From assembly GCA_905178155.1 (NCBI GenBank), contig CAJINV010000007.1, positions 1,062,627-1,126,626 of the forward strand: a stretch of DNA of 64,000 nt, written 5' to 3'. How positions within the stretch are numbered: the stretch's first letter is position 1; each line of letters opens with the position of its first letter. Shown in pieces: positions 1-14,097 of the stretch. The position numbers and the translations under genes were made by a program. Below the pieces are notes generated by a model. That model did no database searches, was not told where the DNA came from, and saw only the letters and a list, made by a program, of their open reading frames with translations. The stretch is from Amoebophrya sp. A120. Its lineage: Eukaryota > Protista > Dinoflagellata.

Positions 1-1761
1 AGTACATCAGCAGCGGCGGGCCGACCACGCGCTCCTTGTTCTGTTCGTCTTCCACTGTGTCGCCTGATGCGATCCTAAACTTTTGTACACATTCATTTTG
101 TAGATCTATAATCCTCCTGACCTCCCCGTCGACAATGATGTTGATGGCTGGCTACAAGCTTCTAGTAGAGCTGTTGCAACAAGAACTCGGCCCCAGTAGT
201 AGCAGCAGCAGCGTCCTCGCTGTTTGTCTAGAGTTGTCGACGTCTTTTTATTTCCTCATCACCGACCGCTCCTCCATGCGCGCCCCTGAAGTGGTCCTGC
301 ATTTCTTTGGGGAGGTGACGATGAGAGCAGGCCAGTACACCTTCTAGCACTTTATTTTCGAAGTGGCTGTAGCTCGTCTCCCGCTTCTTCTAGTGGTTCT
401 CGTGCTACTGCTAGGGGTGTGGTCTTTTTCACTTCACAACTTGCCTATCTCTACCCTCCGAAAGAGACAGAGTGTAGTTGACACAAGGTAAAAAACTTTT
501 GAAAGTGTAACTTCGACAAGATATTGTAAAGGGGTCTTCAACAAATCTAAACAAACAAATAAGATCTCCTGCCCATGAAACCTCCCCGCCTCTTGTTCGG
601 GAGATCACGCTATGCAGACTTTGATGCTTCTACTTCGCCGTAGTCAACTTCCAGGCGCTCCTGCCTCTTCTGACTCACTACATCAACCTTGCCTAAATTA
701 TTTACACTTCTACCAATTTGCTATAATAAAACTACCTATATCGAAGATTTATCAATGAGAATTTTCACCATCTTCAGCTCTGTACCCGGGTCGCATCACA
801 AATTTTAGCGGCATTGGGCGAATGCCAAGCGATGGACACAGATAGCGAGAACTGAAGTGGAAAAAAATTATTCTTGGTTGCTATGCTATCGGTACTTTTG
901 TTGATGTTTTTTCTTGTTTCCTTCACCTTCTACTTTCGAAAAAATCATATTCCGAAAAAATTGATTATGTCATCGTGGACGTCGACGCGACAAGGTGGCG
1001 CTCCTCGTGGTCTTCGTCCTATCTGACTAATAGGCTGTCTTGTGCTAGTTATTCTATTCTTGTGTGAAGGCCTCCATCATGAAGATCATAGGTTGCGGAC
1101 AGAGCCACGGTAGAGTTTTGTGTAGTAGAAGTCGTCTATTTGGCAGCAGGTTCATTGAGGTTTCATTTGTTTCAAAACAGTTGAGGCGAATGGTAAAGAA
1201 ATTTTGTAGTACGTCTAAATTTTCTATTCGTAATATTCCGAGCGGTATCCTAAGGTAACTGTATCTAACACTTCTCTAACTTCATTTCAATGCGGTATTA
1301 AGACGTAGGGCTCTAAGTGATGTGTCTGATGGGTAGTGAAGACTTTTATAATTTTCATAGTGGAGCGGTCAACAAAACTGTATATCACAAAACTGTTGTA
1401 ACGGCTACTTCATATTCATAGAAGTTGTAATTGTACTATTACGGCTTTTCTGAATACGTTGGCTGTGATGTTTATGGTCACGTATCTTCAGCTAACGTCG
1501 CCCTCGCGAGGGGCGAGCCAGCTTCTAAAGATCTTTTTCAATTTTTTCGAGATATGACATTCCGACTCTAGTTGTGGATTTCCGTTTGCTAAAATGATGC
1601 TAAGTAAAACTGTAGTTGCTAAACGTAAATAACATGGTTGCTCTTCCTCTTGTATTAGGTTCTTGTAAAAAGTAAGTAGAAGTATTCGTAATTACTCAAG
1701 CTTGCTGCATCAGTTCGTTGCTGCACGACCAGCACTTAATGCAAGATGAACACAAGTGTTC

Positions 1762-4700
1762 CTACTTGACGCTGTACTGAAACCCGAATTTTCGCTCGAA
1801 CATGCGGATTTCCCCGATCAGCTTCGCGTTTTCCCGACACAGCGCCAATTCCCGCTCCGGCTGCCATTTCAGGGCCTGCTCTGGGGTCCACGCGAGGGTA
1901 GTGTCTGGCTCGTATTCCGCTTTCAGGCAGCCGTCTTGGTTCAGCTCCAGCACCTCGATCTCTTGCTGTGGAGAGGGTGTAATTCCCAAGTTGCATCACA
2001 AACTTAATGGCACTCAAGCAGAAACATATGCATTGCAAACTCAAAGAAAGACATGCCTAGCTTATGATCATTTTCAATCAGAGAAATTGTATATGATTGG
2101 TAGCGCTGCGACCCAATATTATGCAAGAATCCAACACCATCAAACATTACCATCAGCTCCTGTTTCTCCTTTTCCCATTCTTTCTGCGCGGCAGCGAGCT
2201 CCTCTTTCGCTTTGTCCAATTTCTCGCTGGCTAGCTTTTATGCATTGCAAAAGTATGCGTATGGCACTCGTATAAATGCATATACAAATTTCCTCAGCAT
2301 GAGAAATAAAATTTGTAATGCAGATTTGCCATAAGACAGAGATTTGTAATTATGCAGACTTGCATTTATACGAATACGATACTTTTGCACAGGATAACTT
2401 TCTCTCCTGCTCCCTCTTCTCACCGCATTCCGCTTATCCAGTGTGAAAACGCCCCCAGAACCCCACGGTCAAGGTGTGAAGGTTGCAACACAAATCCAGA
2501 AGCTTGGGGAGTCACGCATGACAAGTCCGTCGCTGTATCGTAATGCAGGTCAGCAAGGGCACCCGCATCAAAAATAAAACCACCTTGCTTCCACTAATCC
2601 TGTTTACAGCATCACAAATGCCAAAACAAAACTGGAAATGCCTCTCAGGTCGATGCGCATTACAGGCGTTTCTGTAATTGCACTTCAGCATGACAGCTCT
2701 GGGGTGGAGGGGGGACGTTTTTTCTCAGGATCATACCTCTTCCACTTTCTTCATTGCGATGTCGAGCTCCTTTTCTAGCCGTTTTTTCTCTTTCTCCATA
2801 TCGTAGCTGAGCTGTTTCTCGAGTTTCTATGCATGGCAAAAGTACCGCACAAAGTAGAAATTGCATCTTCGCAAATTTGTTCACACGTAAAAAAATGCTG
2901 TTTCACTTATGAAAAAGCGAGACCTGTCATGCAGTCTTGCCTTTATTTCAGTACCTACTACCAGGACGATCACGATACATTTGCAATGCATAGTTTTTCC
3001 AGGTCGACAATCTTCTGTTGGGCCTCTTTATCGCAAGAAAAAACTGTTTCACTGTGAACTTGTGAGGCATAGGACAATACGGAGGACAGAACAACTATTT
3101 ATCTTGCTACACCTCTTGAAAAACATTGGATTCTGAAGCGTGTTTTCCTTCATGGGAAATGCGCGCAAGGCAATTTTTGCAAAATCAACATCACAGTGAA
3201 ACTACAGTTTTTTCCCACGATATTCTTTAAGGTCCTCCTCGTGTGATTGCAGCGTCTTGGTGTGGGTGGCGTTCTGATATTTATTGAAGCGTTTGTTCGG
3301 TAACTGTCACTGTTCACTAGCAGTTGCACCGTGCCAAACATGAAACGCTTAGGAGATAGGAAAAATCACAAAGATGTGAAACACCTAGCTTCGCATGACA
3401 TCAGAATTTCAGGTATAAATACCTGTTTCTCCACTTCCTCTCTGAAGGCCTCTTCCTTTTCGCGCAACGTGCTTTCGAATTCAACGAGCTTTTGTTCCAT
3501 GTCCTTTTGGACTTCGAAGTGCTTCTCGTCTTTTTCCCGCAGCAGCTTCTTCGAGGTTTTCCTCTCTTCCTCCACCTGCTTGTCCAATTTTTCTCCGAAG
3601 TCCTTCTCTACTTGTTTCAGTTCCTGCTCGTATTTTTTCTCTTTTTCCAGGAGCTTCTGCTTTTCCTTGTCCAGTTGCTGCTTGAGCTTGTCTATGCTTT
3701 GCAAAAGTAGGTGTACTAGTAGAAATCGCATCACAAATTCGGTCAGCGTGACAAATGAAATTTCTCATGCAGTCTTACTTTGGAACGGAGATTTGCAATG
3801 CATGATTGACTGCGATTACTACGGGCACGATACTTTTGCGCAGGATATTCTCATAGTTGCTGTCCGCTTCCTTCGCAATTTGCTCCCGGTCCTTGTCAAA
3901 TTGTTTCCTTTCGTCCTGGATTTTCAGCATCAGGTTGGATTTCTCGTGTTGCACGTTCGCGAGATCCTTGGAGAGGTTAGACTTGTCCTCTTCTAAAGCG
4001 CTCCTATCCAGGAAAAAACTGTGTGAGTGCTGTGTGGGTCAGCTGAAGTGACAGCATGACAAACTTGCTCCTCATGACAGAGGAAGCTTGTCATGCAGAG
4101 ATAGTACGTGAGAAGGAAAACGCACATCATGAGAAGAGGACATCAACTTCATGGGTAGCTTCTGGCTGCATGACAAGCGTATAGTCTTTTGCATTTCCAT
4201 TTTCTGCATCACAGACTTACACGACTTACACACTTTTTTCTTGCGTACTTCCGCTCTTTCGTGTACTTCTCTTCCCACTCTTGCTGCACTGAGTCGAGCT
4301 CCATTTCGAGGCTGGGATACAGAATGTGAGTTTTTTGTCAACATGCGCGATTCGGATTTACAGGTTCTGGTTGTCATGCGCGTTCTGCGTCAGTAGCTAT
4401 TTCCTATATTCATATTGTTGTTTCACCATTCATGCCAGTTCTGCATGGCAGCATCTTCCTCTAGCTTCAAGTAAAGCATGAGCAGCATCTATAAAAAATA
4501 CGCGTCAATCTGTTTCAGCTGCGCACTGGCCGATTCAGACATGCGGCTGACCTCCCGAGAGTGCTCCTGCTCGTTTTGGTTTATACAGCGTAAAAACGTC
4601 CCCACCCAAGAGCTGTCATGCAGATGCGCAATGACAGGAACATTTGTAATGCGCATCTCCATGAGAGGCATTTTCAGTCGTGTTTTGGCATTTGTCATGC

Positions 4701-7700
4701 TGTTGTAAACAGGATGCGACAATGGCACTCTCATGCGGCTTTCCTTGTTAGCCAGGACTACACTGCAGATGTAAACTTGTCATGCAGAACTCCCAAAAAT
4801 ATGGAGATTTCTGTTGCAGATTTTCCATCTTGACCATGGTGTGGGGACGTTTTACCATAGGATATGGTCGAGTAAATCTTCTAGTTCTTCGACCCGGCCT
4901 TTGCACTTCGTGAAATCTTCCTCCACTTCGTGCAGCCGGTCCGTCAGCTCCTCAATCCGGCGCTCGCGGGACTCGAGAAAGCGGGTCTGTGGTAGAATTT
5001 GTGTTGCATAAACATGATACAACGCCCACGACGACTGATGTTGTCATGCATAAACTACATCAAATGAAAAAATCACAAAAATACTGCGTCTTCCGCCTTC
5101 CTCTCAGCGTCTTTGATCCTTTTGTTCGACTCTCGGACCACCTTCTCTGCCTCTCTTTTTTCCTTCTCCGCTTGCAAGCGTATGCATAAGAAACTTCAGC
5201 GGCCCGCACACGTTGTACATCATCAAGATCAAATGCGGTTTATTCTGCATGACAAAGCCATTTCTTATTTCCATCCTATTCAGCATGATAAATGGCATAC
5301 GCATGATGTTGCGCTAAGGGGGTAAAATTTGTGATGCATTTTGTCCAACGTGTTATACAGGAATAAATTTGTATTGCATAATTCGCATCTCCCTTGCATT
5401 CCGCTCCTTCTGCTCGGATCGTGCCTGCGATGCGGCTTCTTCCTCCCGGACCTTATCCCGGAGCTTCCAGTATTCCATCGCGGTGACCGAGCTGTCCTGC
5501 TGTTGTATGAATTGCAAAAGCATCGTACTAGTAGAAATGGCATGACAAATTTTCTCTGCATTTTTACAAATGAAATTTGTAATGCTGATTTGCCTTAAGA
5601 AAGAGATTTGTAGTGCATAAATGCAATTACTACGAGTGCGATACAACTTTTGCACAGGATACGCTGACTGGCGCAGCCACTGGGAGCTCCACCACTTTGC
5701 TCGTGGGAGCTGCACCCAGATCCAAACTTCTGCTCATGTGCATCGAGCTTCTGCTGGAGGGTATCTGGTAAGAAGTGAGGGTTTGAAGAATATAAAAGTG
5801 AGTTGAATTTCTGATGCGAAGGAGAGAGGACAAGACGATTCTGTCATGCGTGTAGCTTCATCTATACCATTACCACCTACTGCTACTTATTCCGAACACA
5901 TGAAAAAGAAAAATTACTTATCCTTTCCAGCGCGACTTCCAGGTCCGTTGCGAGCCTTTGCACATGCTCGTTGTTCTCCACGTTGCCGCTGTTGAAAATC
6001 CTATCAAATGCAAAAGTGTCTGGGTCTGAGAGAATTATCCTTGTGATGCGCATTTCAGAACACTGAAAAATCTCTCATGCATAGGTAGCAAAAGCTGCCA
6101 ACTTTCTGTCACCAAAATGGGGGATTTGTCATGCGGATTCGGCATTGCGGAAGCTTCTCGAGACCTCTGATGCTAGAGCTTCCATGCCAGACCTTCTGTG
6201 TCATGCAGAAACTGCATGACAGACTCTTCCAGACCCAGACATTTTTGCATTTGATAATTCCTTTCCTCGTGCAACTGCTCCCGGCAATCGTGCAGCTCAT
6301 CCGTCAGCTCCGAGTTTTTTTGCTCCAGTAAGAGCAGTATCAAGTGCAAATATGTCTGGGTGTGGAAATTTGTGATGCTAAAATGTGCATGATGAAAACA
6401 CTTCTTCATGCAGGAAAGCATGACAAGTCTGCACAACGCTTTATCATACGAACTCCGCATGAGAAACTGCGTTTTTGTATGGCGCGAGAGGCTGCCGCTG
6501 CCGCTTTTGTTGGTCACGCAATACAGATTTCACCGGAATGCAAGGCCAGCACTACAAGTTCCAACTTTCCAGACCCAGACATAGTTGCACGAGATAAGCA
6601 GGGAATCTTGGTGCTTTTTCAGATTCTCTTCCACGACGTGGATGTACTTTTTCAGTTCCTTCTGCTTGTCGTCATGTATCCGCATGTATCCTGTGCAAAA
6701 CAAGTATCGTATTCGTACTAATTACAATCATGCATGACAAATCTTGTTTTTTAGCGAAATCAGCATTACAAATTCCATTCTTCCTTCTGGAAAAATTTGT
6801 ATTGCGATTGCTATACATTATATTAATGCGAAAAAAGAGGTAGACAGAGGGTCCCAGAGAGGTGGCCGAGAGGTAAAAAAGAGGTCGACAGAGGTGGAGA
6901 GGTGGCGCAGGACCCCGTTCGAGAGGGTCCGCGAGAGGGTGCGCGAATAAGGCCCGCAGTAAGCGCCCACCCTTAGGCGCCGCCTAAGTGGCACAGAGGG
7001 CGCAGAGAGGTCAAAAAGAGGGGGCGCGAGAGGTCGACAGAGGTGGAGAGAGGTGGCGCGACTAAGGGGCGACCTCTCGCGGACCCTCTTGGCCACCTCC
7101 CGGCCACCTCTGTCGACCTCTACCCGCGAGTATAGCCGGACTATTAGCGGGGACCCCCAAAAGAGGTCAAAAAGAGGGTCTGCGAGGGGTCTGCGAGAGG
7201 GTAAACCACAAAGAAGCGGGCGCAAATCCGCATGGAAGGAACTACCCATATTTGGCACTGCAGGCCATTCGCGGACTTTTTTTGCTCGGCTCCTTTCCGC
7301 GCCACCCTCTCGCGCACCCTCTTGCGCCACCCTCTCGCGCAACCCTCTCGCGCACCCTCTCGCGCCACCCTCTCGCGCAACCCTCTCGCGCCACCCTCTT
7401 GCGCCACCCTCTCCCGCCGGGTGGCTTCTGTTCGCCCCCGGTGTTTTTTGCAGCTGCTCCCTGCGCAGAGCGCCCACAGGCGCGGGAGGCGCGCAAGTGG
7501 TCCTGCGGGTTGGCGCGGCGCAAACTCCATTATGTTTCGTTGCGCAGGACTCCGCTATGTTTCGTTGTGCCCAGGCCCGTGGCGTTGTGGTCCGATCGGC
7601 AAACTGTCCTGCCCGGGCCCAACAGCCTTGCGCTCCGGCGGCAGCCGGAGCATGGCTGGTTTATACTAGTACGATACTTTTGCGATGCATAGCATCCGAT

Positions 7701-9357
7701 CCCGCTTCTCATCACGGTACTTCTGCAGCTCCTGCTCGAGTTTTGTCACGCTGCTGGAGTCAGCGGACTTTTTCTCCCGGAGTTCTTTCTCGGCCTTCTG
7801 CTGCAGCTGCTGCGCTTTGTATCACAAGAAAAAGTGTTAACGTGAACGGTTTTCACAGATTGCAGTCATGCATCACAAATGTAGCCCAATATGCATGCTA
7901 AGCATGACAAATTTAGGCACGTTTTGTGATGCATTGCTGCATTACAAATGCCGTTAACGTTAACACTTTTTCCTGTGATACTTTGTCGCGATCGCCCATC
8001 ACTTGTGAGAATTGCTGCTCTAGGCCCTGGAGAATGCTGTGATGAGTGTTGGATAATTTTTTCAATTTCATTTATGAGATCGTTTCGTGTGTCATGTTGC
8101 ACGGTCCGCATGTAGATGTACTAAATGATGTGCGTCTACTGCTGTAATGCACAGATGCACAACACCGATACCAAACATTTTTACGCACTATGTATACATA
8201 GTACCTTGTTATCTCGTTGTTTTTCTGTTCGCTTTGCCTTCTCTGCTCCTTCATTTCTTCTATTGTTTTCAGCAGTTCCTTATGAACTGCAAAAGCATCT
8301 TACTAGTATGAATTGCATTACGAATTTCCTCAGCATGAGAAATGGAATTTGTAATGCTGATTGACCTTAGGAAAAACATTTGTAATGCATAACCGCAATT
8401 ACTACGAGTACGATACTTTTGCACAGGATAGTCCTGATTTTGCTGCTCGCTCTGCTGCAGTTGCCGGATCAGTTCCTGTATCAAGTGCAAACATGTCGCT
8501 TGTCATGCTTGTCTGGCATGACTCTTAAATCTGTCATGCACGTTACCCAAGAGCTCCATTTTTCTGTGATGCAGAAACGCAGTCTGTCATGCAGAATAGG
8601 CAAAACACCTAGAACAGCTCAGCAACTTGTCATGCTCCGCCAGCATATGTGGCCTCATCATGAGACGCGACCCAGCATCACAAGTATTTTTACACTTGAT
8701 ATCCTGCTTGTGCTGCAAAGCACCACCCATCATGAAACCTCCGGCGCCTGTTGTGGACTGCTGCCCAACCGTCGAAGCTGCTGCTCCACCACCGGCCGTG
8801 TGCACCATCGGAGATTGCCCAGGCGGGGGCTGTTGATTCAGATTCGTCCTGCTAGTAGAGCTCGAACTACTGCTCGACGCGCCATGGTGGGTGGCGCGGA
8901 GATCTGGCGAGCGGGTGAGATGGTGTTGGTTCTGCGACAGAGCCGTCGTCACGCTGGAGGAAACCACGGAGGAACCTGCGCCTGCACCTCCGCCTGGTTG
9001 CACCACGACGCTTCCACCATTCACGATGTTCGTCTGGGGTTGTATTATGTTCGAGTTCTGCAAATTCGTCGCGACTCCGAGCGCAGAACTGCTACTTGAT
9101 GGGTTGTTTAACGTCGCGACGTTTTGGTGAAAGGACAGCATGCCCCCGTGCGCCGTGTGGCGGTTGCTCCGCCTCGACGAGAGCAACGGGCCTTGGTGGG
9201 CTGCTTGATTAAGCTTCAACGGCTGCGGCGAAAGCCCGAAATGGGTCGAGCTCGAGCTCTGGTTGCGCTGCGGCGGCGCGTAGTGGTTTTTATGCAGGGT
9301 GGAGGACGACGCCGCATGGCCAGCGCCGCTTCCCTGCGGACCGCCGGGGCCTAGCAT
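1762..9357 (-). CDS. Multi-exon coiled-coil protein with low-complexity N-terminus, function unknown
   Basis: ATG at 9357 (MLGPGGPQ...). E/K/Q-rich exons join in frame after introner removal (e.g. HKQ/ELIRQLQQSEQQNQD/LLKTIEEMKEQ). Last exon ends ...FGFQYSVK* at 1762. Several degenerate introns not fully traced. Confidence 0.6.
2239..2396. mobile_element. Introner, family B (TAT-N4-TGCAAAAGTATCG)
   Basis: TIR; TSD gcttt/acttt. Confidence 0.85.
2435..2735. mobile_element. Introner, family D (TATCC..AAAAACGTCCCC)
   Basis: TIR; TSD ccgct/cctct. Confidence 0.8.
2828..2992. mobile_element. Introner, degenerate B-like
   Basis: TIR; TSD gtttc/gtttt. Confidence 0.7.
3029..3222. mobile_element. Introner, G-like
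   Basis: TIR; TSD ctctt/ttctt. Confidence 0.7.
3693..3847. mobile_element. Introner, family B
   Basis: TIR; TSD ttgtc/ttctc. Confidence 0.8.
4582..4864. mobile_element. Introner, family D
   Basis: TIR; TSD tggtt/tggtc. Confidence 0.85.
5506..5661. mobile_element. Introner, family B
   Basis: TIR; TSD tgttg/cgctg. Confidence 0.8.
6002..6256. mobile_element. Introner, family A (TAT-N4-TGYAAAWATGTCTGGGTCTGG)
   Basis: TIR; TSD aatcc/attcc. Confidence 0.9.
6338..6596. mobile_element. Introner, family A
   Basis: TIR; TSD agcag. Confidence 0.88.
6687..7691. mobile_element. Chimeric family B introner carrying one arm of the GC-rich fold-back element (~6815-7660)
   Basis: B ends; TSD gcatg/gcatc; interior matches ~30805-31565. 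Confidence 0.85.
7820..7980. mobile_element. Introner, family G
   Basis: TIR; TSD ctttg. Confidence 0.88.
8281..8430. mobile_element. Introner, family B
   Basis: TIR; TSD ttcct/gtcct. Confidence 0.9.
8479..8701. mobile_element. Introner, A-like
   Basis: TIR; TSD tcctg. Confidence 0.85.
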
Positions 9358-11100
9358 GGTTCTTTTGATGTTGTTCGGTGAGTTTTGTTGTGCTGTTTAT
9401 TTTTGCTCGTGTTTAAAAACCTTCTTACGGAAGAAAAAACTCTTGCTCTTTCTTCTTCTTCTTGCTAACAGAGGGCATAGTCCTTTCGAAACGATTTTCG
9501 CACAATCCAGAATGTTGAGTAGAGCTCAACGAAAGCACAATCACGCGAGCTATCCTTGATGCGCGACTGTGCTGCGGCACACTTATTAAAAACGAGAGAT
9601 GAAATAATGATAAACGGTGCAATTTTGATGGTTCTGTTTTCTCGCGTGTCGTGCAAAACGTGCCTCCAGTGTCCGCGATTTTCTTCCAAATAATCCAAAG
9701 CGACTCGACAAACAACCATGTCAAAAACAAAAACACAATCAACTCTCGCTCTGGCAAGGGGACAGAAGACACGGCACTGACCCTTGTTCAACGGAAAAGT
9801 TTCATTCACTCAAGCAGGACGTACAACACAAACACTGCGGTAGATCAAAAATCCTCATCTTTGATGCAAACACGAGCATAAGAGGAACATCAAAGGCGAG
9901 AGGTTAGTAGTACCACTCACTGCTGAAACGAAAACGAGGACAGAGGTTGTCGACTTCGAAGTACTACGAATGACGACCCAATCCAGTTTCGAAAAGGCCG
10001 CGACAAATGCCGCCGGGCAGCTGCAAAGCTGCGACGTGACGAGCAGTTTTGAGGTATTATGATTTTTCTTTTTCCAAAAAAATTAGACAAAAAGGTGTAC
10101 AAGTTGAGAAGTTCTCAGAGAAATCATGTAGAAGTCGGAAAAAAGTTTCGTGTTGAGCTGCGCCGGCGGAGGTCAAGATCTGTAACTCGAAAGCTACGAC
10201 CACGTCATCTTGCTTCCATGCTCCTTGTACCTGCCAGGGATTTCATGGTGCTGAAGGTGGCTTCGCTTAAAACCACTTTGCTCATCGTCAGAGGAGGCAT
10301 GGCCGTTATGTCAGACGAGATACTAGACTTTGTTCTCAGCCGCTCCCGCTCGGAGCAGGTGACAACTCTACTACTGTTCGCTGTATTCATCTTTCGTTTA
10401 GTTGGGCGGAAGTCAAGGACAGATTCACAAGTTTCGAGCGGATAAAACTACTAGGGCGCCCTGCTGTGGTGATGTTCGTTGGATTTTAGTAAAAAACATA
10501 TAATAAAAAACTGAAGTAAGAATTTCCTATGACATAGAAGCGTGCGTCATTTCAAACTCGATACATACGAGCTGCATCGAGTTCAAATTTGATGTGACAC
10601 AGAGTTTGTAGGTGAGAAATGTGATTACAGTTGAAAAAAGCGATGTGAAATTTTTGTAAAAAAGTTGAGCGGTTTTATGGTTTATGAAAGTATGTTGAGA
10701 TCATGGCTTAGGTCATTTTCCAAAAAAGGTATACAATGTTGTTAGTGTTCTTCATCAGGACAGTTGTGTGATAAAAAAGTTAGAATGATTCTCCGTTGGT
10801 GAAAGTAAATCAACCACTGTGCTTCTAAATACATTATTCCCGGAAAAAAGCCGCGCTCTTCATCCTCGTGCTTTAGATACAGGCGGATGAAGAAAACAGT
10901 ACAACTAGTAAAACAACTTTAGCTTTATTCTCAAAAAGGTCTCATAAGACGAAATTCACGCCACTGTGGTGCCGTAGCTGTTTGTTTTTGTTTTAGCGCT
11001 ATAATACACGATGCGATGTCATCGAAGGAGTGCGAAGTAGATGAGGCCTTGGAGACAACAACGTACTATCGTATATGATGAATGTGAAGATTCTAATACT

Positions 11101-14097
11101 TCAACTACAAGCACGAACGCAGCGAAGATGACAGATCAGCATGATTTTCAGCACTGCGCCCCCCGCACGGTGTCCCAGACCAATGGGTGACGATCCAACA
11201 CCGGAAAAATATCGATGGGCGGCACTAATCCCAGCCGCTTCGCGCGGTACCAGCGGGTAGCGCGGGAGATTTGTATGAGAGTGCACAACTCCCCCTCATT
11301 TGTCATGCAAAAAAATCAAATCCAAATCTGGCCTGTAGTCACAGTTTGCATGACAAATTTTGGAACCACAAACAGCACCACACTCTGGTGTGTGCAGATT
11401 TGTCATGCGTAGGCTTCACTTGAGCTGGTGTCTGAGTCTGTATTGCTGGTCATGCCATATAAACGAGGGGGAGGGGAAGTTGTGTACTCTCGTAATTTGG
11501 ATCGACGGACCAAAAGCGGTATCCGTATCGAAGGCATGGACGAGCTTGAGCTGAGAATTATATCAGATACGAATTTGGTAAGACTAAGAAGTTTATCTTT
11601 ATATACTTCTTTGTCATGCAGAGCAACGCATTGATCACGATGTTTCTTATGCATAGCTCCAAAGCTGCAAGATGGCCGAAATAAATATACCTGCTCCTCC
11701 TCTGCCCGAGCCGCAATGCTATCCTTCCCGCTGATCCAGAAGAATTGCTGATTTTTGTTTTCTTTACCCGCAGCTGACAGTGCACCTTCCTCCGTGCTAT
11801 TAATGCTTCGCATCATCTTCTCATTCAATTCCAGTTGCGTCTTCCCCGAGTATGAATTCCAAAAGTATCGCACTCGTATAAATGCATTACAAATTTCCTC
11901 AGCATTACAAATAAAACTTGTAATGCTAATTTGCCTTAAGAACAGGATTTGTAATGCATGATTACAATACGAGTACGATACTTTTGTCGTGGATACCGAA
12001 TCATCCACGACAACGTCCTTCGCCTTCTTCAAAAATATTTCCAGTTCCTCCGGCAACTTGTTGACCGCCCGGGCCGTTCGCCCCGACGTCTCCCTTTATG
12101 CGAGTGCACAACCCCCCCTCCCCATCATTTGTATGGCATGAACAGCAATACAAACACCAGTACATGTGGAACCTGTGCATGACAAGTTCATGCGCCGAAA
12201 AATGTCGTGCCGTTTATTGGGATTCCGGAGTTATCATTTGTCATGCACTCAGTGCCACAGGGTAGCAACTAGGTTTGGATTTTTGCATGACAAATGAGGG
12301 GGAGGGGGAGTTATGCACTGTCATACCCTTTTCAAAATCTTCAGTTGCTGCACTAATTTCTGGTTCCTCCTCTCCTGGAGCGCCACGCGGGTCAGGTTCG
12401 CGGCGGATGGAGTTTGTTCATCTTGTTGATCAGCGAGATGAATCAGCTCGTCCTCAACTGGTGCTGGCTGACTCCTTTCTGGCATCACTCCGTCGTGCTG
12501 CTCCATCAAAAATCGTAGTCTCGCGCTTGCTACCGTGTCTGCCGTTGGAAAATGATGTTGCTGTTGAAGTTGATGAACACCGCCGGCGTTAATTTGATCC
12601 TCCTCGTCTATCATCCGCTCCAAGTCCTGTCGTTGCATCGCCATTCGTCGCTGGTTCGGCCGCTCGTTGCCCGCGCCGTTCGCGCCCGGTTCATTTTTCT
12701 CTTCCTCAACCACTGCAAAGTCGAAATTCAGGTTCCGGGGGGAGAGGTTGATCTGCATGTGTTGCTGGACAACATGTTGAACAGGCACTGCAACTGCTGC
12801 AGCTCCATTGTTCTCATTAATGTCGTCGAGAATAAGCTCGTTGTCGTCGTCGTCGACCGGAGAAGATGAATCGTCTGGAGATTTATTGTTCGCGTCATGG
12901 AAAAGAACAATCTCCTCATCATCCGAATCCTCCAAATCGATCACCGTGGAGTCCTTGTTCTTACCATTTTTTCCCTTATTGAACCCGGGCTTCCTCGGCG
13001 CTTGCGGCGTTTTCAAGACCTTCCGCAACCCGTTCTCATCGTGCTCAGTTGTTTCCAATGGGGAACCGGCGAGGGAAAATTTTCTTACCCGAGTTACTTG
13101 TTTGGCGGTAGAAGAAGATGAAGATGATATCATCGGCCCCAGCGACTCTTGACTGTTCGCGAACGCTTCCCCTTCGAGATCCATCTTCTCCAGCAAATCC
13201 TTGTCTGGCGAGTTGAAGAGCGAGTCATCGAGACCGGTGTGGGAGCCGCCCTTTTTCGGCGTGCTCGGGGCGCGGGTTTTTTCGGATTTGAACTTCGTTT
13301 GGTGTTTGCTGTCCGTCTTGAACTTGTTGGTGGAAGAGGCGTTTTTGATATCCTCGTCCTCTTCCATCTCGTCCAGTAGGTTCCGCGGCGCAACCAGCTC
13401 ACTCGCCCGCCTGCTGTCGTTCTTGTAGGTGCTGTCTTGCTTCTGTTCGCTGTCAAACGCGCTGCGGGCGTCGTGGAGAACCTGATTGTTGCGTAGTTGC
13501 CTATCAATAACAATAACCTTCACCTTGTTGAAAACGCTTGCCATGCATTCTAATGTTGCATGAGCATGGTAGTGGTGCGAGCTGCTGTTATCTTCTGTCA
13601 TGGACATGGTGCACAAGCACAATACACTACACCAGTCATGCTTACTCACACAACAACTACAACAAACTGACCAACAATACCGTATCAATCTCTCCATCCT
13701 GCTCTGCGGAGCGGAACACCGAATTATCCTCACCATCTCCACCTTTTTTCAAACTTCCCTTTTTCCCGCTGGCACTGCTTCCCCCAGTGTGAAAACCGTA
13801 CACCGCGCTCGAGGACGAAGAACTCGACCTGTTATTCTTCCCCGTCTGCTCCACGGTGTTGGGCGCCGTGGTTGCGCTAGCGAGGGATTGACGATTAGAT
13901 GTTGAAGCGGTATTATTTTTATTAACGGGTTCTTTATTCGTGGTCGTTTTGCTACTGCTGGTCTGCATGAAACTTATCAGGCTGGGCCTGAAAGCCGCAT
14001 TGTCTTCGTCCATTTTCCGCTTTTTGGAGGAGGTCGCCGTCTGGGAGGTCATCAGGCCCTTGCTGCCCTTCCGCTTGTCTTGGCTGGGGGTGGCCAT
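11101..14097 (-). CDS. Multi-exon hypothetical protein (K/S/D-rich, probably nuclear); 3' end uncertain
   Basis: AAAATG start at 14097 (MATPSQDKRK, NLS-like KKRK), long exon ~12326-13500, three clear introners. Exon chain only partly traced. Confidence 0.45.
11274..11494. mobile_element. Introner, family C (TATGACAGTGCACAACTCCCCCTC)
   Basis: TIR (GTA end); TSD atttg. Confidence 0.85.
11851..11995. mobile_element. Introner, family B
   Basis: TIR; TSD ccgag/ccgaa. Confidence 0.88.
12097..12325. mobile_element. Introner, family C
   Basis: TIR; TSD ccctt. Confidence 0.9.

Noticed and set aside
1498-1516. Near-palindrome tcgccctcgcgaggggcga
   Set aside because: Isolated and imperfect, with no supporting context.
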